Origin: Methanosphaera stadtmanae DSM 3091
GTDB lineage: Archaea > Methanobacteriota > Methanobacteria > Methanobacteriales > Methanobacteriaceae
NCBI RefSeq assembly: GCF_000012545.1
Contig: NC_007681.1
Coordinates: forward strand, 240,001-272,000
Length of the DNA: 32,000 nucleotides
Direction of reading: 5' to 3'
The translations under genes and the position numbers were made by a program. Below, one piece after another: positions 9,427 to 18,215 of this stretch (its first letter is position 1; every line of letters starts with the position of its first letter). A model generated the notes under the pieces. That model saw only the letters and a list, made by a program, of their open reading frames with translations. It had not been told where the DNA came from and did no database searches.

Positions 9427-9458
9427 TATTTATTAAATCTAATATTAGATAATAAATA
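9427..9458. promoter_or_regulatory. Imperfect 32-nt palindrome in the divergent promoter region (operator candidate)
   Basis: The sequence is TATTTATT-AA-ATCTAATATTAGAT-AATAAATA. The 14-nt core is a perfect palindrome (9437-9450) and the 8-nt outer arms are complementary with a 2-nt bulge. Confidence 0.25.
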
Positions 9459-9473
9459 CATAATTATGAATAA

Positions 9474-11447
9474 TTGGAGGTAATTATCTTGAAAATACCA
9501 CACATATTTGATGAGGATATAGAAAGAATAAGGGAGCTTAGAAATGAAGTATCTGATTCAAAAAACATCTTTAAAGACAAAGTATCCTCTGTTTTAAAAA
9601 GTTCCATTAAAAATAAGAAAGTTCTATCAAAACAGGAAAGGAAAGAAGTATCTTTAAAAATATTAAATGATAATAAATCCCATGAAATACCATTAAACAA
9701 AAAACTACCTCTAGTTTCAATAATTATTAAAGCAACACATAAAAACTATCTATTAAATCTATTAAACACATTTTCTACACTGGATACATATTATTCGAAC
9801 TATGAATTAATTATAATTCATAACATGAAAGATGATCTTTTAAAATACATAGATAATAAGAAAGATGTTATTTTAGTGTCCTGTGAAGATAAATCATTAA
9901 CACAAGCAGAAAATGAGGCATCACATAAATCTAAGGGTGAATATTTATTATTTATTGATGATGATACTATACCCTTCGATGGATTTTTAAATCATATGGT
10001 AAATACAATGCTTACAAAAGAAAATGTAGGTGTTGTAGGTTCACGTTTAATTTATCCAGAATTAAAACTCAATAGAACCAAAAGTTATAAAGTTGCACAT
10101 GAAGGAATCTATTTTAGGGAAAAAAATAACCTTATAGAAACATACAATAAAAATGATGGAAGAAGATATTATACAGCAGATGAAGAAGAATGTGAAGTAA
10201 TAGCAACTTCATCAGTTGCATTTTTAGTTAAAAAATCAGTACTTATGGGTGTAGGTGGATTTAATGAGAATTATGTTGAATTTTATGAAGTAATAGATTT
10301 ATGTTTAAGACTACATAAAAAAGATTATAAAAACTATTATAATCCAAAAGTAATGTTATATCATTTTTGTCTTGAAAATCATGATGTGGATGTATTTGAA
10401 AGGGATAAAAAAATATTTATCAACACATGGAATAAATACATCTTACATAATCTATTAAAAGATAAATTATATGCAAATTATCTCTTCTCAGATAAGGCAT
10501 TAACAGTAGCATTAGTTGTTACACAAAGTGTCTGTGAAACAACAGCCGGAGACTTTTTCACAGCAATAACACTTGCACATAACTTGAAAGATTTTGGATG
10601 GAATATTAAATTCTTATCACAGCACCCCTCAAAGTATGAGAGAAATTGGTATCATTTAGATGATGATATTGATGTTGTAATATCCTTGCTTGATAGATAT
10701 AATCTAAGAAAAATAGAATCAAATAGAAAATCACTCATAAAAGTAGCATGGATACGTAACTGGTTTGAAAGGTGGATGAAACTCTCATATCTTGATGATT
10801 ATAACATAATACTCTCAAGTAGTAAAAAAGCATGTGGTGTTATTGGAGAAAAAATAGATAGAAAAGTATATTTCTATCCACTAGCAACAGATTCAACTAT
10901 TTTCAATGAAAAACTACAACCTAACAATGAATATATTTGTGATTACTGTTTTACTGGAAGTTATTGGAAGTCAGATAGAGAGATTATATCGGCTCTTTGT
11001 CCTGATAATATAGATTATACATTTAATTTATATGGAGCAAATTGGGATAAGATTCCAAGTCTTAAAAAGTATCATAAGGGTTTTATAAAATATGATGATA
11101 TTCCACAGGTTTATGCTTCTACAAAGATAGTACTTGATGATGCAAATCATGTTACACGAGGCTGGGGATCAGTAAATAGTCGTGTATTTGATGCATTTGC
11201 ATCTGGATGTTTAGTACTTACGAATGGAACAATGGGAAATACTGATTTATTTAATGGTATGATACCTGAATATCATTCAAAGGAAGAATTACAAGATAAA
11301 CTTAATTATTATATGGAACATACCCATGAAAAAGAGAAAATAGTGCAGGAGATACAGGAAATTATACTTGAAAAACACACCTATAAACACAGAGCAACTA
11401 AATTAAAAAGTCTTCTTAACTTCTATATACATAAATATACTGATTAA
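9474..11447 (+). CDS. Two-domain glycosyltransferase: GT2 domain plus C-terminal CgeB-like (DUF3880/Glyco_trans_1_2-type) domain
   Basis: The GT2 core runs LVSIIIKA...YELIIIHN...GEYLLFIDDDTIP. The C-terminus GSYWKSDREI...NLYGANW...VNSRVFDAFASGCLVLTN...KHTYKHRA looks CgeB-like. The track start is TTG 9474, but GGAGG at 9476-9480 favours TTG 9489 (MKIPHIF...). Confidence 0.75.
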   Translation: MEVIILKIPHIFDEDIERIRELRNEVSDSKNIFKDKVSSVLKSSIKNKKVLSKQERKEVSLKILNDNKSHEIPLNKKLPLVSIIIKATHKNYLLNLLNTFSTLDTYYSNYELIIIHNMKDDLLKYIDNKKDVILVSCEDKSLTQAENEASHKSKGEYLLFIDDDTIPFDGFLNHMVNTMLTKENVGVVGSRLIYPELKLNRTKSYKVAHEGIYFREKNNLIETYNKNDGRRYYTADEEECEVIATSSVAFLVKKSVLMGVGGFNENYVEFYEVIDLCLRLHKKDYKNYYNPKVMLYHFCLENHDVDVFERDKKIFINTWNKYILHNLLKDKLYANYLFSDKALTVALVVTQSVCETTAGDFFTAITLAHNLKDFGWNIKFLSQHPSKYERNWYHLDDDIDVVISLLDRYNLRKIESNRKSLIKVAWIRNWFERWMKLSYLDDYNIILSSSKKACGVIGEKIDRKVYFYPLATDSTIFNEKLQPNNEYICDYCFTGSYWKSDREIISALCPDNIDYTFNLYGANWDKIPSLKKYHKGFIKYDDIPQVYASTKIVLDDANHVTRGWGSVNSRVFDAFASGCLVLTNGTMGNTDLFNGMIPEYHSKEELQDKLNYYMEHTHEKEKIVQEIQEIILEKHTYKHRATKLKSLLNFYIHKYTD

Positions 11448-11452
11448 TTCAA

Positions 11453-11470
11453 TTCTTCTTTTTTTATTTT
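11453..11470 (+). terminator. Oligo-T tract after the GT2-CgeB gene
   Basis: The sequence is ttcttctttttttatttt, directly after the stop. A gap of about 180-230 nt precedes the next gene. Confidence 0.35.
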
Positions 11471-11625
11471 ATATGTTAAAGTAATAGGTATATGTCTTAT
11501 TTTTTGAAAAACTACTTATTATTACTTCTTTTTTATTATTTAAATATAGAAATATATAATATACTAGAATAATATATCTAATAATTAATTGGATTATTAA
11601 ACATATTTATTATTAATGCTTTAAT

Positions 11626-12468
11626 ATGAATTGTTTAATTCTCTTTTCAGTGTATAATGACGTGGAGCATTATAATATGGGAATGAATAATATATATGAA
11701 AAAATTACTAATTTTTACAAGTATAAATCCTTACTTAGTGAATTAGTACAAAGAGATATTAAAATAAAATATAGAAGGTCTGTTCTAGGTATTTTATGGA
11801 GTTTTCTAGATCCATTATTATCAATGATTGTATTAACAATAATATTTTCAACATTATTTTCAAAAACTATTCCTAATTATCCAGTATATTATCTTAGTGG
11901 AATGTTAACATATGCTCTGTTTAGGGGAGGATCAACCGCTGCTATGCGTTCACTTGTAAGTTCGTCAGGTATATGGAAAACAATTTATGTTCCAAAGTAT
12001 TTATATGTATTATCAGCAGTTTTATCAAATTTTGTAACTTATGTTTTATCATTAGTAATTTTATTTGCAATAATGTTAATAATGAAAGTACCATTTACAA
12101 TATATATAATATTTGCAAGTTTACCAATACTAGCAGTTTTAATGTTTACTACAGGTGTGGGACTTGTTATGGGAACTTTAAATGTGTTCTTTAGAGATAT
12201 GCAACATTTATATAGTGTACTTACACTAGTTTTAATGTATGCTTTACCTATATTCTATCCAGCAAGTATTGTTCCTGTACAATTTAGGTTTATACAAGAC
12301 TTCAATCCATTATATCATATGCTTGTATGTATAAGATCTTGTTTCTTGTATGGAACATTATATCCAATATCATCATTGATTATTTCATTAGTATCAGGTC
12401 TTGTATTTCTGGTATTAGGACTGTTCTTATTATATAAATTTCAGGATAAATTTGTATTATATGTATAA
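11626..12468 (+). CDS. ABC-2 polysaccharide/teichoic-acid exporter permease (Wzm/TagG-like)
   Basis: The motif ELVQRDIKIKYRRSVLGILWSFLDPLL is followed by six hydrophobic helices. SD GTGGAG at 11662-11667 favours ATG 11677 (MGMNNIY...) as the true start. Confidence 0.85.
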   Translation: MNCLILFSVYNDVEHYNMGMNNIYEKITNFYKYKSLLSELVQRDIKIKYRRSVLGILWSFLDPLLSMIVLTIIFSTLFSKTIPNYPVYYLSGMLTYALFRGGSTAAMRSLVSSSGIWKTIYVPKYLYVLSAVLSNFVTYVLSLVILFAIMLIMKVPFTIYIIFASLPILAVLMFTTGVGLVMGTLNVFFRDMQHLYSVLTLVLMYALPIFYPASIVPVQFRFIQDFNPLYHMLVCIRSCFLYGTLYPISSLIISLVSGLVFLVLGLFLLYKFQDKFVLYV

Positions 12469-12491
12469 ATATTTTGTAGGAGGAAAGTGTT

Positions 12492-13241
12492 TTGGATAAA
12501 AATAAGGTAGTTATTGATGTGGAAGATGTGGCTATGAAATTTAATTTAGGCCAGGAAAAAACAGATAACTTTAAGGAATTTGTAATTAAAGCACTGAAAA
12601 AAGAACTTCTTTTTCAGCCATTTTGGGCATTAAAAGGAGTTTCATTTAAGATTCATAAGGGTGAAAAGGTAGCATTCATAGGTTCAAATGGTGCTGGAAA
12701 AAGTACATTATTAAAAATCATAGCAGGAGTTATGAAACCAACAGAAGGTTCTGTTGAAGTACATGGTCGTATAGCACCACTTTTAGCACTAGGAGCAGGT
12801 TTTGATTATAATTATACTGGTAGTGAAAATATTTTCCTTAATGGATCTTTTCTTGGATACTCTAAACAATATATGCATGATAAGTATGATGAAATAGTTG
12901 AATTTTCAGAAATTGGTGATTTTATTGATGTTCCTGTAAAAAACTATTCATCAGGTATGAAATCTCGTCTAGCATTTTCAATAGCAACAACAGTAAAATC
13001 TCAGATACTTATATTAGATGAAGTATTGTCTGTGGGTGATGCAGCATTTAAGGCTAAATCAACTAAAAGAATGAAAGAAATGATGGCTGGGGATGTTACA
13101 TTACTATTTGTATCACATTCAATCTCTCAAGTAAAAGAATTATGTGATAGAGCAATATGGCTTGATCATGGAAAAGTACTTATGGATGGAGAAGTTAATG
13201 AAGTCTGTGATAAATACCTTGAATTTGTAAGAAATAAATAG
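12492..13241 (+). CDS. ABC exporter ATP-binding protein (Wzt/TagH-like, short form without a C-terminal glycan-binding domain)
   Basis: It uses a TTG start after GGAGGA. Walker A GSNGAGKSTLLK, signature YSSGMKSRLAF and Walker B ILILDEVLSVGD are present. Confidence 0.9.
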   Translation: MDKNKVVIDVEDVAMKFNLGQEKTDNFKEFVIKALKKELLFQPFWALKGVSFKIHKGEKVAFIGSNGAGKSTLLKIIAGVMKPTEGSVEVHGRIAPLLALGAGFDYNYTGSENIFLNGSFLGYSKQYMHDKYDEIVEFSEIGDFIDVPVKNYSSGMKSRLAFSIATTVKSQILILDEVLSVGDAAFKAKSTKRMKEMMAGDVTLLFVSHSISQVKELCDRAIWLDHGKVLMDGEVNEVCDKYLEFVRNK

Positions 13242-13298
13242 ATTCTATATCTATTCTATTTTTCTTAAGAAAAAAACTTTTTTTTAGGTTTTGTTATA

Positions 13299-14255
13299 AT
13301 GAACAAATCAGATAATAAAATAACAGTTATAATTCCCAATTATAATAATCAGAAATTATTAGCAAATCTACTTGAATCACTAAAACAAGTTACATTACCT
13401 CATGATATTATTATTGTAGATAATGCATCAAGTGATAATAGTACTACATATATTAAAACTAATTTTCCAGAGATTACTTTAATAGAAAACAAAACAAACA
13501 CTGGTTTTGCTCATGCTGTAAATCAGGCAATAAAAATTGCTACAACAGATTATGTGTTACTTCTAAATAATGATACTATTGTAACAGAATCTGCATTTAA
13601 AAACATGTTTGATTTAATTAGTACTGACTCATCAATCTTTTCAGTCACATCTAAAATGATTCAAAAACATAATCCAAATTTAATTGATGATACAGGAGAT
13701 GAATATTCAATCATGGGTTGGACAAAAAAAAGAGGATTTAATCATTCTGTATCTGAATTTACACAAAGTGGTGAAGTATTTGGGGCATGTGCAGGAGCAG
13801 CACTATATAGGCGGCTTGTTTTTCTAGAAATAGGTTATTTTGATGAAAATTTTGAAAGCTATGTTGAAGATGTGGATATAAGTATAAGGGCAAGACTCTA
13901 TGGATACACTTCATACTACTGTGCTGATGCTATTATATATCACTATGGTAGTGCAACATCTGGTTCTAAATATAATTCATTTAAGGTAAGAATATCTGCA
14001 AGAAACAACATATATCTATTATACAAGAATCTATCATTATGGATGAAGATAGTTAATTTTATTTTCATAGTAATGGGTATTGTTATTAAATACTTATACT
14101 TCTATAGAAAAGGTTATGGTCAAGATTATATTGGTGGTGTATGTGAGGGTTTTAGAACAAGAAAACAATTAGATAAAATAGAAGGTGTTTCCTTTAAGAA
14201 TTATCTTAAATTAGAATTATTATTAATAAAAAATACTTTTAAATATTTATCATAA
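13299..14255 (+). CDS. Family 2 glycosyltransferase (WbbL/rhamnosyltransferase-like subgroup) with a C-terminal hydrophobic helix
   Basis: Motifs ITVIIPNYNN, IIIVDNASSDNS, NTGFAHAVNQA and VLLLNNDTIV are present. Confidence 0.85.
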   Translation: MNKSDNKITVIIPNYNNQKLLANLLESLKQVTLPHDIIIVDNASSDNSTTYIKTNFPEITLIENKTNTGFAHAVNQAIKIATTDYVLLLNNDTIVTESAFKNMFDLISTDSSIFSVTSKMIQKHNPNLIDDTGDEYSIMGWTKKRGFNHSVSEFTQSGEVFGACAGAALYRRLVFLEIGYFDENFESYVEDVDISIRARLYGYTSYYCADAIIYHYGSATSGSKYNSFKVRISARNNIYLLYKNLSLWMKIVNFIFIVMGIVIKYLYFYRKGYGQDYIGGVCEGFRTRKQLDKIEGVSFKNYLKLELLLIKNTFKYLS

Positions 14256-14268
14256 CAAAGGTGGGAGA

Positions 14269-15138
14269 ATGGATCTTTCAATTATCATAGTTAATTATTG
14301 CACATATCAACTAACAAAACAGGCAATTGATTCACTAATAGATACTATTGAGGGTATTAGTTATGAAATTATTGTAGTGGATAATGCATCAGGTGATGAT
14401 AGTTTAAATAGACTCATAAAAGACTATGAAAATACTTCTTTTGTATCATTCATTCCAAATAACAACAATGATGGTTTTGCTGTGGCAAATAATATTGGTT
14501 TTAGAGCTTCATGTGGGGACTATATTTTACTTCTTAATAGTGATGTTGTAGTAGGTGATAAAACAATTATTTCATCACTTAATTTTATTAAAAAAGATGA
14601 AACTATTGGTGCTCTGGGATGTAAAGTACTACTTCCAGATAATACTCTTGATAAGGCATGTAGAAGATCTTTTCCAACTCCTCTTGTTTCATTCTATAGA
14701 ATGGTGGGTTTATCTAGGTTATTCCCAATGAGTAAACAATTTAATAAGTATAATTTATCATATCTTGATGAAGATGATGTATACTCTGTTGATTGTATTG
14801 TTGGAGCATTCATGTTAATAAGAAAAGATGTGTATGAATTATGTGGTGGACTTGATGAATCATATTTTATGTATGGTGAAGATATAGATTTATGTTACAA
14901 TATTAAAGAATTGGGATATGATGTTGTATACTATGGTAAAAAAGAAGTAATTCATTATAAGGGGGCAAGTGGTTCAAATAAACGTTTATTATATGAATTC
15001 TATAATTCAATGAATATCTTCTATAATAAACATTATAGGGATAAGTACAATCCATTAATTAACCTAGTAATGTATATTGGTATTTGGACTATGTACTATG
15101 TTAAATTACTGATTTTTCACATAAAACAACACATATAG
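14269..15138 (+). CDS. Family 2 glycosyltransferase
   Basis: Motifs LSIIIVNYCT, IIVVDNASGDDS, NDGFAVANNIG, ILLLNSDVVV and YGEDIDLCY are present. SD GGTGGGAG lies upstream. Confidence 0.85.
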   Translation: MDLSIIIVNYCTYQLTKQAIDSLIDTIEGISYEIIVVDNASGDDSLNRLIKDYENTSFVSFIPNNNNDGFAVANNIGFRASCGDYILLLNSDVVVGDKTIISSLNFIKKDETIGALGCKVLLPDNTLDKACRRSFPTPLVSFYRMVGLSRLFPMSKQFNKYNLSYLDEDDVYSVDCIVGAFMLIRKDVYELCGGLDESYFMYGEDIDLCYNIKELGYDVVYYGKKEVIHYKGASGSNKRLLYEFYNSMNIFYNKHYRDKYNPLINLVMYIGIWTMYYVKLLIFHIKQHI

Positions 15139-15145
15139 TACTTAC

Positions 15146-15165
15146 TTTTTTTTTATTTATTTTTT
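15146..15165 (+). terminator. Oligo-T tract after the second GT2 gene
   Basis: The sequence is tttttttttatttatttttt, followed by an 82-nt gap before the next SD-led gene. Confidence 0.35.
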
Positions 15166-15220
15166 GAATAATTTTTATTATCCATAAAAAACATATATTA
15201 AAATAATAGGAGTTTGTGTT

Positions 15221-16609
15221 ATGATACGAGAAAATCAAAATGTTTTTAATATATGTAATGTTTTACTAGATATTCTAGTATTGGTTATATCAGTGTTTTT
15301 CTTGTATCATACATCAATGATACAACATAGGTATCCAATATCATTTTATTATACAACACTACTTTCTCTATTTATATTATTAATACCTAGTTATCTGTTC
15401 TTATATTATGAATTTAAATTATACACACCTCAAAGAACAAATAGAAGTATTTTTTCAGAATCATCAAAAATTTTACAAGTAAATTTCTTTGAATATTTAT
15501 TTTTATCAGCAATGTGTTATATGGAATTTTTAAATGTTTCAGCAGATTTTCTAATTAGTTTTTTAGTAATTAATTCTATTTTAGCAGTAATAGAACGCTC
15601 TATTATTAGAGGATTTCTAAGATTACTTAGAAGTAAGGGTTTTAATATAAAATATGTTCTAGTTATTGGTGCAGGAGAAGTTGGAAGAAATCTTGTAGAA
15701 ACTATAAAAATTAACACATACTTAGGATATAAAGTTATAGGCTTTCTTGATGATAATGTAATAGGTACTGTTAATGATGTTAAGGTAATTGGAAAAATAA
15801 ATACTTTAGAATCGATACTAGATACACACATGATTGATAGAGTTATTGTAAGTATTGCACCACGTCATTATAAGACATTAGAATCTATAATGGCTTGTTG
15901 TGAAAAGATGGGTGTCCGTGCAGATATAGTTCCAGATTATTATAGGTTTATAACATCTCATCCTACTATTGAGCTCTTGGATAACATTCCATTAATTAGT
16001 GTTCGTTATCTACCCCTTGATATTTCAATTAACAAGTACTTAAAAAGAACATTTGATGTTTTATTCGTTGTTGTAGCATCAATAATATTATCTCCACTTC
16101 TTGTGATTGTTGCAATAGCAATAAAACTAACATCTCCAGGTCCAATTATATATAAACAAGAACGTGTAGGTGAGAATGCAAAACCATTTATGATATATAA
16201 ATTTAGAAGTATGAAATCTGAAAATGAATATATTGATGATAAAAAATGGACACAGAAAGATGATCCAAGAGTAACAACTATTGGTAAAATCATTAGAAAA
16301 ACAAGTATTGATGAATTACCACAATTCTATAATATTTTCAAGGGGGATATGAGTCTTATTGGACCAAGACCAGAAAGACCATATTTTGTAAATAAATTCA
16401 GAGAATCAGTACCTAAATACATGATAAAGCATCATGTTAAGCCGGGTATGACTGGATGGGCACAGGTTAATGGTTATAGGGGTAATACATCTATTGTAAA
16501 GAGAATTAAATATGATATTTATTATGTTGAAAACTGGTCTATAATGTTGGATATTCGTATCTTTTTTAAAACATTACCTGCTCTATTAAATGATAAAAAC
16601 GCATACTAA
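15221..16609 (+). CDS. Polyprenyl-phosphate hexose-1-phosphate transferase (bacterial sugar transferase family, WbaP/WcaJ/TuaA-like initiating enzyme)
   Basis: Four N-terminal TM helices are followed by a Rossmann-like VLVIGAGEVG segment. The C-terminus carries KRTFDVLFV...SPGPIIYKQERVG...FMIYKFRSM...DPRVT.IG...SIDELPQF...GDMSLIGPRPERP...KPGMTGWAQVNG. Confidence 0.9.
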   Translation: MIRENQNVFNICNVLLDILVLVISVFFLYHTSMIQHRYPISFYYTTLLSLFILLIPSYLFLYYEFKLYTPQRTNRSIFSESSKILQVNFFEYLFLSAMCYMEFLNVSADFLISFLVINSILAVIERSIIRGFLRLLRSKGFNIKYVLVIGAGEVGRNLVETIKINTYLGYKVIGFLDDNVIGTVNDVKVIGKINTLESILDTHMIDRVIVSIAPRHYKTLESIMACCEKMGVRADIVPDYYRFITSHPTIELLDNIPLISVRYLPLDISINKYLKRTFDVLFVVVASIILSPLLVIVAIAIKLTSPGPIIYKQERVGENAKPFMIYKFRSMKSENEYIDDKKWTQKDDPRVTTIGKIIRKTSIDELPQFYNIFKGDMSLIGPRPERPYFVNKFRESVPKYMIKHHVKPGMTGWAQVNGYRGNTSIVKRIKYDIYYVENWSIMLDIRIFFKTLPALLNDKNAY

Positions 16610-18209
16610 AGAAGTTGATATAATTATGAATATAAATTTTAATAAAAAGAAATATTTGCTAATTCCATTAATACTAGCAGCCATACTTTCTTTATCTGTA
16701 TTATTTAGTAGTAAATGGCCACTTAGTTGGGATATATACACTCATATCAATTATGCAATAACATATATTAATTATGGAATCACAACAGTAGATCCATACT
16801 TAAATGCACCTAATGGTAAGGAAATTGGTTATGTACCATTATTTCATATATTGTTAATAGTTATTTCATCAATTACAAATACTAGTCTTATTGATACGGC
16901 TCGTATAATTCAAACAATAACTCCAGTTATTATAACATCAATAATTGTATATGTTACATATAAAATGTATGATGAGGTAGCAGCTATCGTTGCTGGTATA
17001 TTATTAGTATCTAGTTTCATGTTTACACGATTACTACTTCCTATTCCCGAAACAATAGCATTAATCGTGTTTATAATAGGTGTTTATTTATTTTATCAAT
17101 CAACTATTGATAATAAAATGATTTATGCATTCATATCTGGATTTTTAACATTGCCTCTTATGGGAATACATTTTTCATCATGTGTCTATTATGTGATATT
17201 AATTTCAGTGTTGATGATTGCACAATGTATTATTCAAGGAAAACTTGTTGGACTTAAATCATATGGAGTTTTCTTGTTGGCATTAATTATTGTTGGACTT
17301 TGTGGAGTATTTGCTTTAATAACATATAGCCCATCACATTTATCTCAGTTTATAACTGGATTTAATTCAGTATTAAATGACCCTCTTTCATTGTTTATGG
17401 GTCAAAAAGCAATGGGATTAGAACGTTACATAAAATGTGTAGGTCTATTACCTCTAGTTTGTGGTTTTATAGGCCTTTGTTTATCTTTTAGAAATAGGGA
17501 AGTGTTATTTGTTAGTGCATGGACATTAATTGCATTTATATTTAGTAATATGCACTGGTTTGGAATACCTGTGTATACATTTAGAATGCTTATTTATCTA
17601 TTAATACCTCTTGTTATACTTGGAGGATATGGTGTTTCAAAGATATACGGGTATTTAATAAATACTAATAAAAAACAACAAGGTGTAATATTAATATTAC
17701 TCTTAATAATTCTATCATATGGTTGTGGATATATGTCAATACATGATGATTCTGCAAAGATTACATCAGCATCCACCCAAATAGGTGATTATCAAATAGC
17801 TCCACCTACATCAGATGAAGAAGAAGTAATAAATTGGTTTAAAAATGAAGATACACAAAACAAATCAATACTTACAAACAACCAATTCTTTGGTACAGTA
17901 GTATCAAGTATAGATGAAATTCCACTACATTATAAATTTGATGTATATACAAATAAATCATCACAAAAATCATCATTAAAAACATTTAATAATGAAAAGA
18001 TAGGTTATATTATATATGATAAAACACTCGTTGTAAATAATTCCTCAGATTATAGTAATCTGGAGGTAATCTCTGTAAATGGAAGTTATTATCCATCCTA
18101 TTACTTTACCAAGGAAATAACTGAAAAAAACTTCGATCAAATAAAACTAACGAACACTGAGAAGGTATTTGAAAATAACAGATTCATAATATGTAAGATA
18201 AAGTCTTAA
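16590..18209 (+). CDS. Polytopic membrane protein with a C-terminal extracytoplasmic domain; GT-C-like (ArnT/PMT/AglB-like layout), function uncertain
   Basis: About 12-13 hydrophobic helices are present, with an acidic residue in the first loop (WPLSWDIYTH). A soluble tail of about 150 aa begins APPTSDEEEVINWFKNE. No WWDYG motif is seen. The alternative start ATG 16626 would avoid the 20-nt overlap with the upstream gene. Confidence 0.55.
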   Translation: MIKTHTKEVDIIMNINFNKKKYLLIPLILAAILSLSVLFSSKWPLSWDIYTHINYAITYINYGITTVDPYLNAPNGKEIGYVPLFHILLIVISSITNTSLIDTARIIQTITPVIITSIIVYVTYKMYDEVAAIVAGILLVSSFMFTRLLLPIPETIALIVFIIGVYLFYQSTIDNKMIYAFISGFLTLPLMGIHFSSCVYYVILISVLMIAQCIIQGKLVGLKSYGVFLLALIIVGLCGVFALITYSPSHLSQFITGFNSVLNDPLSLFMGQKAMGLERYIKCVGLLPLVCGFIGLCLSFRNREVLFVSAWTLIAFIFSNMHWFGIPVYTFRMLIYLLIPLVILGGYGVSKIYGYLINTNKKQQGVILILLLIILSYGCGYMSIHDDSAKITSASTQIGDYQIAPPTSDEEEVINWFKNEDTQNKSILTNNQFFGTVVSSIDEIPLHYKFDVYTNKSSQKSSLKTFNNEKIGYIIYDKTLVVNNSSDYSNLEVISVNGSYYPSYYFTKEITEKNFDQIKLTNTEKVFENNRFIICKIKS

Positions 18210-18215
18210 ATTCAA

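Noticed and set aside
8581-9450. The two palindromes sharing ATCTAA/TTAGAT half-sites (8581-8601 and 9437-9450) that bracket the LCP-like gene next to the recombinase, considered as a possible recombination or inversion site pair
   Set aside because: The shared core is only 6-7 nt of common AT-rich sequence. The half-sites are arranged inside-out relative to each other (TTAGAT..ATCTAA versus ATCTAAT.ATTAGAT), so they cannot be equivalent recombinase core sites. The first is better explained as a terminator hairpin followed by T8.
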